Below, piece after piece: positions 11,971 to 24,385 of a stretch of DNA of 64,000 nt. The DNA is taken from positions 152,272,001-152,336,000 of the forward strand of contig OX597815.1 of the NCBI GenBank assembly GCA_951406725.2, in the 5' to 3' direction. Position 1 is the first letter of the stretch. Each line of letters begins with the position of its first letter. The DNA comes from Octopus vulgaris. Lineage: Eukaryota. The notes beneath the pieces were generated by a model. It worked only from the letters and a program-made list of their open reading frames with translations, was not told the origin of the DNA and did no database searches. The translations under genes were made by a program, and so were the position numbers.

Positions 11971-12271
11971 TTACAGAATTCCGCAAACCTTTTAGAAAGA
12001 AGTTTACATAATTTGTGAATTGTGCTTTTATTGTTTAACCTTTCAAACACACTATATAAACCTTCCCATCAACATTGAAGAATGATATTAGTCAGCACTG
12101 ACTAATCTCTTTAACATTGTGGAGTGGTTGGCATTAAAAAGGACATCCAGCTGTAGAAACCATGCCAATTCAGATTGGAAGCTGGTGCAGCTCTTCATCT
12201 TACCACTTTCAGTCAAACCGCCTGACCCATTCCAGCATGGAAGGCAGACACTAAATGATGTTGATGATAAT

Positions 12272-12307
<36 letters not shown>

Positions 12308-12510
12308 CACGTAAAAAACACCCACTACACTAATGGAGTGGTTGGCGTTAGGAAGGGCATCCAGCTGTAGAAACACTGCCAAATCAGACTAGAGCCTGGT
12401 GCAGCCTCCATGGCTTACCAGACCCCGGTCGAATCGTCCAAGCATGCTAGCATGGAAAACGGACGTTAAATGTTGATGGTGATGATATATATATATCTAT
12501 ATATATATAA

Positions 12511-12770
12511 TCATTTTTTAATTTTGCATATTTCTACTGTTCCACTTACAGACTGAACTTGTAATGTATGAATCAGCCGACCGATTTCTCTTTCTGAAAA
12601 TCCTAGTTTACCCAGATTATCCTTTAAGCATTTACTAACAAAACCTAGTGCTCCAATTGTTATTGGTATGAATATGAATTCTGGAGTTTTCGAAGTAGTT
12701 GTCCATAGATATCCTCTTTTTCTTTGATTTCCAAAGAGATATTTATATCTGCAGGATAGCTGACCTTTAT
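12511..12770 (-). mobile_element. C-terminal restriction-like endonuclease remnant of a non-LTR element
   Basis: FIFIPITIGALGFVSKCLKDNL..LQVQSVSGTVEICK matches the VPI.IGALG..LQ...GT terminal motif. Confidence 0.55.
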
Positions 12771-13967
12771 GATGGTACATACATACATACATACATGCAT
12801 ACGTACGTACGTATGGTTTTTATGTGTATATATATATAAGTTTTACAGATTTATATGTACGTACGTATGTATGTATGTATGTATGTATGTATGTATGCAT
12901 GCATGTATGCCATTGTTCAGTTTTATTTCAAGTGTAGCAAGTCATAAAAGGCAGCAATATGATGTAATGGTTGTTTACCCAAACAAGTATAATTGTTGGT
13001 AATCTCATTGGTTAAAATTACTGCCCATATACAAATTCTAAACTTACGTCAAAGAAACCTTTCACAAAATATGCTTCTTAGAATTTGGATATGAGCAGTT
13101 ATAAAAAATCCTGAGTTTTGGGAAATTACTCAGTGTTCGGAGGATGTTACTAAACTCCACGACACTCACTCATTGAGATATTAGCTATTTTTTATGCCAT
13201 GTCTATGATAAAAATCCTACAACACTTATTTGAATTGTTGTGAACTCTAGTAGTTAGTATGAAGGATTAGCTAATGTGAATTTTAAGTCGTAAAGCACTA
13301 TGACAAAATGACTTTACTTTCCAATTGTACTATAAATGCTAAATGTACATAAATAAAATAATGTAGTAATTATTTTCTCTTACTTCACGTTCTTCAAATT
13401 GTTAATGAAATTTATTTCTGCAATTATGAAACTGTGGTTAAAAAAACACAAATTTATTTATCTTCAACATACATGCATGCATAAAATGTCCATTAGCGTT
13501 TCAAAGTATATACTTCTCGCTATGATGTTTATGTAACTGGAGTCAGGATTTATGTATAATGATAACACTTATAAGTAAGTTATAAGTGACATGTTTATCA
13601 ATATATATTCCTACTTCAAAAGTAAAATATATTTACCTATTTCCAAATAGGAAACATAAAAATATAGTGTTATGCAAACTGTAACCAAACCAGCAATAAA
13701 ACAAGATTTCTTGCCAATAGAGAAAGAGTCGGTTTCTAACCAAGATCCAAGGTTCCTTCATTGGAATTTCAACAGGGTATTTTTGTTTGTTTGCTTGTAC
13801 GTATATATGTGCAGATTTTTATGTTTTATGTATATATTCTGATGCATATAGTTGCATATCTAGATATTCTCATATGTATTTCAATGATAAACTTCTGGGA
13901 AGTTTTATAGATTTATACAGTTTCCATGATTGTATCTATAGTCATTGAAATGTATGTATGTATGTAT

Positions 13968-14130
13968 TTGCAGACCTTTTAGTTTTCATTTACCAAATCT
14001 ACTCATAAGGTTTTGTTTAGTCTAGGACTATACTAGAAGACACTTGCCCAAGTTGTCATTCAGTGGGACTGAACACAAAACTTTGTGGCTGGGAAGCAAT
14101 GGTTTTAACCACACAGCCACACCTATGCCT
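13968..14130 (-). mobile_element. Partial CORE-type SINE
   Basis: Head and CORE-like segment homologous to 11150-11305. Confidence 0.6.
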
Positions 14131-14580
14131 GTTGTCACTCTTATGCCTTCACTGTTTACAAAGAAAAATAAAATTAAGCTGAAAATAGGACTAGAGACAT
14201 GTGAAGACAATGGCACTGCTTGGCAAGATTGAACAAAGGAGAAATTGATAAAGAAAAATCTCTACCACAAATGTTTGAGTGGCACAAGACTATGATATGA
14301 GGATAGGTCATGTAGTTGAGGCACAAGACCTAAGATTTCTCACAAGAAACCATCAAAAGTATATAATGAACAAGAGTACATAATACAAAAAAAAAGATAC
14401 AGTATCACCATCTGTTTATCATTGTAAATATATATGCATTGTTCGGAGGCAAAAACAATATATATTGGAGAGGGAGACAAGCATCATTACTGCAGTAGCT
14501 TATGGGACTGACTGGTGCATTTTTAGCACAAATCTGTGAAGAATCTATCTAAGACACACATATATGTACATACATACATG

Positions 14581-14740
14581 CAAGAGTGGTTGTGTGGTAA
14601 GAAGCTTGCTTCCTAACCACAAGTTTCCGGGTTCAGTCCCACTGTGTAGCATCTTGGGAAAGAGTCTTCTACTATAGCCTTGGGCTGGCCAAAGCCTTGT
14701 GAGTGGATTTGGTAGAAGGAAACTGAAAGAACCCCATTGT

Positions 14741-14780
<40 letters not shown>

Positions 14781-14925
14781 ATGTATGTATGTATGTATGT
14801 ATGTATGTATGTATGTATGTATGTGTGTGTGTATGTATTTGTGTGTCTGTGTTTGTCTCCTCATCACCATTGCTTGGTAACCGATGTTGGCATGTTTACT
14901 TACCTGTAGCTTAGTGGTTCGACTT
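14581..14925 (+). mobile_element. CORE-type SINE with (TG)/(TATG)n insert
   Basis: GTGTGGTAAG..GGTTCAGTCCC..TCTTGGGAAAGAGTCTTCTACTATAGCC, same family as 10905-11305. Confidence 0.7.
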
Positions 14926-15860
14926 TGAATTTCATAGTCTAGCATGTCTGTACCTCTCTGACCAAATAGACCATGATATTCGATGTGGACAAATTTGTAG
15001 TATTTGTATGTAATTGTAGCTTTGCATTTGCTTTCCTGTGGGTATGTATAAGTATCTCCTTTATTTCCCTTAGTATGCCTGGCTGATGAGGAAAAATTAT
15101 TAGACTAATCCAGAAATTGATCAAGCCAAGGCTAATCATTTTATGAAATTCTGTGAACTTACTCCCATGATTTCAACACATGTATACTATAAAAGTGATA
15201 ATTTTAAGTGGTTTCACGATTTAGCATCTATTTTCAGCATAGGCATGGTCTCTTCTCTGCCCTTAATTATAATTGCATTTTATAGTATTATAAATCTCTA
15301 TCTCTATATATATCTTTTAAATTTGTTAATGGGAATCATTTTGACTATGCAAATAAAGCTCCCATCCCATTATGCCTGCCTCAGTCTAATGATACTGACT
15401 GGTGAACCAGTTTTAGGGGGTTGCCTGAAATTGTACCGATATAATGTAGGATAAATATAATACCAATAACAATAATCCTAGGATAGAATTTATGAGCATT
15501 CAATCCATTAAATGTTTATAAATTTCATCCAAGGACTATTGTTATTATTACTACTCTCTCTCTCAATATATATATATTTCGTTTTTGGATTTGGTTTGCA
15601 AGATTCTTTATATGAGTTTATGTGTTGAAGCATATTCTGTTGTGTCTGGGGAGAGTCATTTTCTTTTTGTGCCTTATAATTTAATACACTCACCGGTAAA
15701 ATTTCCACTTATTTCTTATTTTTATTTTCCTAAAATTTTCGTTGCATCTTGCAACCTTTTCAAGAGCAAAATAAAAATAGGAAAAAAAGTGGAAATTTTA
15801 CCTGTGAGTGTGTTACATTATAAGGCACAAAAAGAAAATGACTCTCCTCAGACACAACAG

Positions 15861-15878
15861 TATATATATATATATATA

Positions 15879-15960
<82 letters not shown>
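15861..15960. repeat. (TA)n microsatellite
   Basis: About 100 bp of TA with one short TG interruption. Confidence 0.97.
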
Positions 15961-15963
<3 letters not shown>

Positions 15964-16091
15964 ATGTGCTTTAGAGGGATATATTATCTGGGTAGATACT
16001 GTAATAGCTCTCAGTTATGCTCCAGGTTACGGCTATCTGCTTCAATTAGTATTTAATGTCTCTGACTTCTATGAGTAGTCATTCATGCAGT

Positions 16092-16524
16092 TGTAACAGG
16101 ATCTAGATTCGGTATCACTGGAGGGGTGTCCAATCTGATCCCGTCACATTCAATTTTAGTTAAAATAACAGACAAGTCAGGTGATCTACGAACACAGCAA
16201 AATGTTGTTTATTTCTCGTCGTAATGTAGAACTGATGTACGTGTTCTCTGGAGGGAAACCGTCAGCCGAATCTGTAGTATTGATTCTTGTTTGTTAATCG
16301 AAATGATTCGTCGTGGTTCGCTGCTTGGTTGGTATGAAGTCCTCAGAGACTGCCAAATACACGTCCGTTCTCGAGTGCTGCTGGGGCCAGAAAGACTGAG
16401 TGAGTGGACCGCGTTTTAGGGGTCAGTTTCCCGCACATGCGCACGGGGAAGACTTCCGGTGGCCAACCGGAAGTAATCCCATTCTGCGCATGTGCGCTGA
16501 ACCTTACACAGCAGCATCACTACA
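16092..16524 (-). repeat. 3' LTR (433 bp)
   Basis: TGTAACAGG...CACTACA, highly similar to 18701-19134. Confidence 0.93.
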
Positions 16525-16655
16525 TGGTTCCCCCTCGAGTGCGGAAGTACGAAACAAGAAAATATTAGTGGCTGCAGAAAACAGATGGCTGCCGATCCCT
16601 CAGAAGATTTGGTATACAATATGGCACAAAAACAAGAAATTTAAAAGAAAGAAAG

Positions 16656-18345
16656 TCAAATATAAATTGTCTTTGAGAGTTTCTTGGGCCAATGTACTGT
16701 TCTGCCCGATCTTGTAATATACGGTGGTGTTGTGGGAGCCAGTGAAGGCAAAGGTGTCTGTGAAGGTGAAGGTGTTGTTAAAGGTGCATAGGTAGGTGTG
16801 GCAACGGTGTCATCAAGAGATGAAGATGCCTCAAAATATGCTTTTTTCAGTCGGTCCACGGAAACGGTCTCCGTATTACCATTCATTTCAATGGTGAAAA
16901 CCTTAGGTGTGCGAGAAAGCACACGGAAAGGTCCTTTATAAGGAGAAACAAGAGGTCCCTTGACAGAGTCGTCCCGAACAAAAACATGCGACCAAGTGTC
17001 CATATCCGGTGGGAGATGGGATGGTGGAGATTGTTTCCTCGGAACCATGGGCAGAAGATTTGAAAAATAGGAACGCAGTCTGGCGACATAGGTCTCTGGA
17101 TTATGGGGCTGGGAAGTGTCTGGCACCAACATCGTACCAGGCAATGCCAGTGTGGTACCATACAGTAGCTCTTCAGAAAAAACCCCCAGGTCTGCCTTGA
17201 CAGCAGTGCGACAACCGAGAAGTACAATTGGCAGAAATTCAATCCAAGACTGTGGATCTGAAGAGGCACAAAAAGCGGCCTTGAGCTGTCTATGGAACCG
17301 TTCAACTAATCCATTAGACGCTGGATGATAACTGGTAGTGTGAATATGATGCACACCTAAAATGCGCGACAATTCGCGAAATAGCGAAGCTTCAAACTGA
17401 CGTCCACGATCAGTAGTCACTCTGGACGGAACTCCGAAACAGGAAATCCAGTTCGAAACGAAGGCTCGCGCAACAGTCTCAGCAGAAATGTCTGCTATCG
17501 GAATGGCTTCTGGCCAACGGGAGAAACGATCGACACAAGTTAACAGATAAGAAAACCCGCGACTCACAGGTCATGGTCCAACAAGATCGATGTGGACATG
17601 GCGAAAACGGGCCTCCGTAGGAGGAAAATGTCCAAGCGGGGCACAAACGTGCCATTGAATCTTGGACCGTTGACATTTGGAGCAGGTGCGTGTCCAAGAA
17701 GTAATAGTGCGACGCATATTCGGCCAGAAAAACCGAGCAGTGATCAGCTTAAGGGTGGCAGCAATGCCAGGATGTGATAAGGAGTGCAGTGCTTCAAATA
17801 CTGAGCGTTGATGATTCTCAGGCACGAGTGGCCTGGGAGAACCAGTGGAAGTATCACAAAGAATGGTGCCTTCGGCTGACGGAAGCGGAAGGTAGGAAAA
17901 CTGGCAACAGGAGAACTTGGGAGAAGTTAAGTCTAACGACGCCAAAGGTGGCTGCTCCTGCAAGATGGCAGTTAAGTCGATAGCAGCAGGAGACGAAAGG
18001 GCGCAGACTGGAAGGCGAGAGAGAGCGTCAGCAGGAATGTTCTCTTTTCCAGGTATGTGTCGAATGTTACTAGTGAATTGAGAGATAAAATCCAGGTGCT
18101 GGAAAGCACGAGGCGAGAGTTTGTCCGTTTTTGAACACAGGGCAAACGTAAGGGGCTTGTGATCCGTATAGATCACAAAATCTCGCCCTTCAAGTTGATG
18201 CTGGAAATGACGAACCGATAGATAGATCGCTAGGAGCTCACGATCAAAAGTGCTGTATCGTCGTTCAGCTGGTTGCAGTTGGCGGGAAAAGAAAGCCAGA
18301 GGTCGAGTGTGATCATCCACTGTGTGTTGCAACACAGCACCACTC
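16656..18345 (-). pseudogene. Gypsy pol remnant: RNase H C-terminal part, HHCC zinc finger and rve integrase, one in-frame stop at 17571
   Basis: PLAFFSRQL, YSTFDRELLA, TDHKPL, ADALSR; H..SHPG..C..C; [42 protein letters not shown] motif. Confidence 0.92.
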
Positions 18346-18700
18346 GCTGTGTTCGTAGATCGCCTGACTTGTCTGTTATTTTAACTAAAATTGAATGTGA
18401 CGGGATCAGATCGGACACCCCTCCAGTGATACCGAATCTAGATCGTGGGTAGTAAAGAAATAGGTGTGTGTGTGCACAAAGGAAAAACAAAAGCTACAGA
18501 AAAGAAAAAATAATGTGTGTGTGTTTTTTTTGTTTTGTTTTTCAGTGTACTGAGTGCGATGGATAAAACTTTTGTTTGTACGCACCTTCGCCGTCCTGAA
18601 AGGAAAAGAAAATGAAAATGAAACTGAGTGTTCAGTGTGCTAACTGGCAAAATCTGTTCGCTGCGTCATCTGTTCTTTTTTTTTACTTGGGATCACCAAT

Positions 18701-19134
18701 TGTAACAGGATCTAGATTCGGTATCACTGTAGGGGTGTCCGATCTGATCCCGTCACATTCAATTTTAGTTAAAATAACAGACAAGTCAGGCGATCTACGA
18801 ACACAGCAAAATGTTGTTTATTTCTCGTCGTAATGTAGAACTGGTGTACGTGTTCTCTGGAGGGAAACCTGACAGCCGAATCTGTAGTACTGATTCTTGT
18901 TTGTTAGTCGAAATGATTCGCCGTGGTTTGCTGCTTGGTTGGTATGAAGTCCTCAGAGACTGCCAAGTACACATCCGTTCTCGAGTGCTGCTGGGGCCAG
19001 AAAGACTGAGTGAGTGGACCGCGTTTTAGGGGTCAGTTTCCCACACATGCGCATGGGGAAGACTTCCGGTGGCCAACCGGAAGTAATCCCATTCTGCGCA
19101 TGTGTGCTGAATCTTACACAGCAGCATCACTACA
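18701..19134 (-). repeat. 5' LTR (434 bp)
   Basis: Direct repeat of 16092-16524, adjacent to the PBS. Confidence 0.93.
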
Positions 19135-19194
19135 CAGTAAATTCCACCATTGGGTAATTCCATGTTTGCTTCTCTGGATGTTAACATTATCTGA

Positions 19195-19430
19195 AGTGTA
19201 TATTAGCAATAATTATAATGATATGGAATATAGAAACTGGTACATCTTCAAAATTTATTCCTTGTTACAACCTACATGTGTTTCCACTGCATTTGGGCAT
19301 GATTTTCTGCGCAGATTTGTTGAAGGTCTGTTCAGCAGCTAGCTTCAAAGTGAACTGAATACAGTTAGTTGTTTGTTGGTTAAGATTCAGGAGTAAATGA
19401 GGGGAGCTTGTTTTGAATCTGAAATCTGAT
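19195..19430 (+). repeat. Unclassified interspersed repeat with an inverted, interrupted second copy at ~20850-21030 and ~22670-22745
   Basis: Reverse-complement similarity visible (CTGAATACAGTTAGTTGTTT; AAACTGGTACATC). The second copy is split by the RTE remnant. Confidence 0.55.
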
Positions 19431-20199
19431 CTGTTTGTAAGCTTGTGCAAGTTGACCATGGTTTCACACCAGATGCTGCCCGAAGCCAGGTTAAAATAGG
19501 TTAAAATTTATGTTACTGTTTTGACAGGCCTCATTGTGTATTGTAGTAGTTGGTTACTTAATAACATTATTTTCAAGTGTAGTTCATGTAATGTAACGTT
19601 TTTAGTTATATATTTTTGTAGCTGTGAAAATTATGCTGGAGGTTTTGCAAATAACCTTCACATGCAAGTGCTACCAGCCGAGAACTCTGCATACCACAAT
19701 CCAGCAAGTGTATGGGGTCATCAGGAGAGAATGCGCACTGTTTCAGTGCCTACCTCTTGAAGGCATCAATGCGCACTGGTCCCACTCACTGATATGAGGC
19801 CCCACTTGCTAGATCAACTGGTTATTAAATAAAGCTCAATATTCTTATAGTCATCACTCATCGTCTCTTTTTAACCAAATCCAGTGGCTAGCCTTTTCTG
19901 CTGTAGTTTGGATATCGGTCATGGTGGTATTTTCTTTACGATGAATTAGGTCAAGCGATAACAACAGTTGTCTCACATTGTGTCCAACAAACCTGACCAG
20001 GTGGCACATAAAAAGCACCCAGTACACTCTTGGAGTGGTTGGCATTAGGAAGGGCATCCAGCTATAGAAACATTGCCAGATCAGATTGGAGCCTGGTGCA
20101 GCCTCCTGGATTGCCAGTCCCCAGTCAAACCATCCAACCCATGCCATGATTTTTGATTTTACCTGACTCAATAGGTCTCCTCAAAGAAGGTAGATAGCA

Positions 20200-20740
20200 T
20201 ATATACTAGGTTGGTTATGAAAAGGCCAATTGGTTGTTGTGTACAAGAGAGAAGATTGCACTGGTTTGGTCCAGTGATGTGGAAGGATGACGATAGCTCC
20301 ATAAAGAAGTACCAATCTTTCAGTGGAACACATGGAAGTGGGAGAACAAGGAAGACATGGGATAAAGTACTGAAGAAGAACCTCAGGGCAACGAACCTTT
20401 CAGGTAAGATGATAAAAGACTGAGATGCTCTATTCCAAGAAGACCCATACTCTGCAGCAGAAAAGTTAAGACTGGTCCCTTCTAGTGGTGAAAAGCACAT
20501 GTGGATGTGCTGCATAAAGGTGTCCATGTGGTGCTACATAAAGGCATCTTGTGCTGTCACACAAAAACACCAAGCACACTCTGTAAAGTGGTTGGCATTT
20601 TGGGAAGGGCATCTGGCAGTAAAAACCATGCCAAATCAGACTGGAGCCTGGCACAGCTCTCCAGCTTGCCAGCTCTGGTCAAACCATCCAACCCATGCCA
20701 GCATAGACAACGGATGTTCATTGATGAGGATTACGATGAT
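20200..20740 (+). mobile_element. Old 5'-truncated RTE fragment
   Basis: CCVQERRLHWFG..GRTRKTWDKVLK matches the RTE ORF C-terminus, followed by the RTE tail. Confidence 0.7.
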
Positions 20741-21044
20741 ATATATAAATGCCATGCATTTGGTGTGTTTCAGATATGTGCTTCTCTCCTTCTTTTCCTA
20801 CCTATCTGTGTGCATGATATTGAGTTATGTAGAATGTGCATTAAGAGAATAGATTTCAGATCCAAAACAAACTCCCCACATTTCTCCCTGGACCCTAACC
20901 AATAAACAACTAACTGTATTCAGTTTCCTTCAAGACTTGCTGGTGGACACACCCAGAACGAAGCTACATAGGAAATCATGCTCAGATGCATGTCCATACA
21001 CTGTGTGGTGGAAACATGTAAGTCTCATAACCATAAACATATCC

Positions 21045-22660
21045 TCCTCATCATCATCTTCATCGTTTAACGTCCATTTTCCATGCTGGCATGGGTTGGA
21101 CGGTTTGACTGGGGACTGGCAAGCCAGGAGGCTGCACCAGGCTCCAATCTTATCTGGCAATGTTTCTACAGCTGGATGCACTTCCTAACGCCAACCACTC
21201 TGAGAGTGTAGTGGGTGCTTTTTATGTGCCACCTGCATAGGAGCCAGTTAGGTGGAACTGGTATCAGCCATTTTCAGATGGTGCTTTTTATGTGCTGCTT
21301 GTACAGGAGCCAGTCAGGACAGGGGAAGGAGGGGCAGGCATCAACTGCATTCACATGGTGCTTTTTATGTGCCCCCAGAATGGTGAGCCAATCAAGCAGC
21401 ACTGGCAATGACCCATGCATGAATGGTACTTATTGTGTGCCACCAGCACGGGAATCAGTCAGGTGGCATTGATATCAGCCACAACTACAATTTCCATTTT
21501 GATTTCGATTTGATTGAGATTCTGATTCTGATTTTGATTGTTGATTTTTTATTTTACTTGACTCAATAGGTCCCCAAGCATGGTGTATCGCCCAACGATT
21601 CAAAGGTACTTTTTAAATGGGCTGGTTTATGTGTCACTGGTATAGGCTACAAATGTGATCTCACTTTACTTGCCAGATCTTCTCAATCACAGCATATCTC
21701 CATTGGTCTCGGTCTCTTGTCATTGCTTCTGTGAGGCCCAATGTTTGAAGGTTGCACTTCACCATCTCATACCATGTCTTCCTGGGTTTCTCTCTTCCAC
21801 AGGCTCCTTCTACTGTTAGAGGGTGACTCTTCTTCACACAGCTCTCCTCATGTATATGCAGCACATGCCCATACCAGCGCATACATCTGATGCTTCTTAT
21901 GTCAACATTTCTGTCAGGGCACTTACACTCTGTCGTGTATGCACACTGACATTACACATCCAGCAGATCATACTAGCTTCATTTCTTTCAAGCCTACATA
22001 TGTCCTCAACAGTCATGGCCTATGTTTCACTGCCGAGTAGCATGGCAGTATGCACACATGCATCATACAGTCTACTGTTCACTCTGAACAAGAGGCCTTT
22101 TGTCACCAGTAGAGGTAGGGGCTTTCTGAACTTTTCCCAGGCTATTCTTATTCTAGTGGCAATGCCTTCCGAGCATCCTCCCCAACTACAGACTTAGTCA
22201 CTTAGGTAGCGGAAGCTATCAACTATTTCTAGTTTCTCCCCCTGGCATGTGATGGAATCTGTCTTCTGAGCATCTTTGGTGTTTATTGCACCAGTGCATC
22301 TGCTGCACACAAAAGCTATCATCCCAGTTAATATTCCTTTGATGTTGCTGCACTCCTTATGCATTTATGGCTTATACTGGAGTTTCTACCTACACCTTTT
22401 CTACAGATTGAGTAGGGCCATCTACCTGAAGAGGTTTGTGATTTGTTCCCCTTCCTACTCACTAGAACTTTGGTTTTTGCATCATTGGCTCTAAGGCCCT
22501 TCAATTCTAAACCTTGCTTCTACGCCAGAAATTTCTTTATTTTTGGTAGTGATTCAGCTGTGAGAGCAAAGTCATCTGTATGGAGGAGCTCCCAGGGGCA
22601 GCTTGTCTCGAATTCCTCTGTTATTTCCTGGAGGACTATGATGAATAAGAGGGGGCTGTA
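21045..22660 (-). mobile_element. Degenerate 5'-truncated RTE LINE (same family as 26586-29113)
   Basis: SPLLFIIVLQEITEEFETSCPWELLHTDD, FRYLSD, RWYGHV..KPRKTW, then 3' UTR and tail. Confidence 0.85.
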
Positions 22661-22921
22661 TGGAATTGTAAAATAAAAGGAAATAAATTTTGAGGATGTA
22701 CCAGTTTCCATATTCTATACTGTTATAATTATTGCTAATACACACATACATCATGCTAGCATGGAAGGTGGACATTAAATGATGATGATGATGGTGATAT
22801 ATATATATATATATATACCGGAGTAAACACATAAATGTGAAACAAGGTGGGAAAAAGAGTACTCAAATACCAGTGGTAGAGTAATATGCTTTATTTTAAG
22901 CAGCAGAAAATTCAACAAAAT

Positions 22922-22959
22922 CTGTTACTCTGAGTTTCTCGTTGCCGTTCATCAGACAG
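22922..22959 (-). ncRNA. Minimal type I hammerhead ribozyme motif (Penelope-associated type)
   Basis: Minus strand CUGU-CUGAUGA-ACG GCAA CGA-GAA-ACU CAG AGU-A-ACAG. Full catalytic core, stem I CUGU/ACAG, GCAA-capped stem II, short stem III, GUA cleavage triplet. Confidence 0.7.
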
Positions 22960-23549
22960 TTTTTGCTAGAATGGAACCGATATATCAATTCAATCTAGAC
23001 TCTTACAAACGCTACACCTTTAAAAAGAAATGGACTTGTTTGATTGGCCCATTAGAAAAAAACGGTCAATCTTCGAGCGATAAACAAAAAGAACTTCTGG
23101 ATAACGATTTTGGAACCAAATGAAATCGTCTCTAACAAATTTTACCAGTTGAAAACGTTTTTATTTGCGATTTGTTATTGAATCTCCTACATTAGAAAGC
23201 TTAAAATGATGTTCTTATAAGTACTTTTGACTTTAATTATCACACTCCCAAGATGTTAATACATCATTAATCATCTCTGTTGGTTCACAACTGATGGTCA
23301 TTCAGTCTTATCATTCCTCACCTCTCTTTCAAATCACCATTCTTATCCTTATTTTCTCACAAATTTCTCTCCCTGTAACCTCATTATTCTTCTGTCATCA
23401 TTTCTCAAATTGTCCCCTTGAATGAAAAAACAACATCATAAGAGCAGTAAGAAGTGTCTAATTTTATGGGACACAAGAAAAACTGACCAATGCTAGTGCT
23501 TAAGGGAAAACTTATAGAAATCAATTTGGTACTTCAGTTTTATACTCAC

Positions 23550-23585
23550 CAACTGGCTCTTCATAGACATCCTGCATGTGTGAGT
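23550..23585 (-). CDS. Candidate 36-nt phase-1 microexon (D)SHMQDVYEEPV(G)
   Basis: Acceptor TTTCAG and donor GTGAGT. Flanks are paralogous to those of the 66-nt cassettes. Confidence 0.45.
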
Positions 23586-24313
23586 CTGAAATTCATAATT
23601 TCAAGTGTTATAACTTATAGTATATTTTACCAGCATTCAAATTCACACAAAAAGCTATCATTATTAATCTAAACTTTTAACAATTAAGGACATTCACAGC
23701 AACACTGACCAAATGATTTCACAGTTATAGTTTCTGTTTGTTGAGATATTGTGATTGAGCCTCATACTTTACCAAAGCCAACATTGATGTTCTACTAAGT
23801 AACACTGTCTTTGATTATTGGATTCTCAAGATGTCAGTAAATCATTAACCATCTCACAAATAAATTTATCTTAGCTTCAACCATTCAGTCTTGGTATTCT
23901 CCACCTCTCTTTCAAGTCATTGTTCTTATCCTCATTTTCTCACAACTGTCACTCACTGCATCCTCATTATTCTTCTGTTATCACTTAAACTCCTTACTTC
24001 ATGATTGTAAAATGACATGAAAGAGCAATGAGAATTGTATAATAGTATGAGATGCAACACAACCAGAACAGTGCTAACACCATGAGAAAATGGCCCCAGT
24101 ATACACTTGAAAGTGATTGGTGAATGAGAGGAGAGAGTATAATTCTGAGTGGAACCTTCAATCTAATTGGGGTCATTGGACATTGGAGTCTGGTACAGCC
24201 CTTCAACTTGCCAGCTCCGGTTAAACTGTACAAACCATGCTAGGTTGGACAAAGGACGTCAAGTGTAGGTAAAACTTATAGAAACCAGTTAAGTATTCTT
24301 ATTTTATACTTAC

Positions 24314-24385
24314 CATCATGTTTCTCCTTTCATGCTAAACTTTCAAACAAATTTAGGAGATCCTGCATGGTCTGGCTTCGATTCA
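24314..24385 (-). pseudogene. Candidate 72-nt phase-1 exon (V)NRSQTMQDLLNLFESLA*KEKHD(G)
   Basis: TTTCAG / GTAAGT boundaries, shares ATGCAGGAT with the 36-nt exon, and has stops in all three frames. Confidence 0.35.

Larger units (their letters stand above)
16092..19134 (-). mobile_element. Ty3/Gypsy LTR retrotransposon, internally deleted (no gag, protease or RT)
   Basis: Two TG..CA LTRs with a 4-bp TSD CAGT (16088-16091, 19135-19138). PBS-like TGGTGATCCC lies 2 nt after the 5' LTR on the minus strand; PPT GAGGGGGAA precedes the 3' LTR. Domain order is RNaseH then integrase. Confidence 0.93.

Noticed and set aside
16525-16545. TGG.. after the left LTR as a plus-strand PBS
   Set aside because: Pol is on the minus strand; this is the complement of the polypurine tract, and a better PBS lies beside the other LTR.
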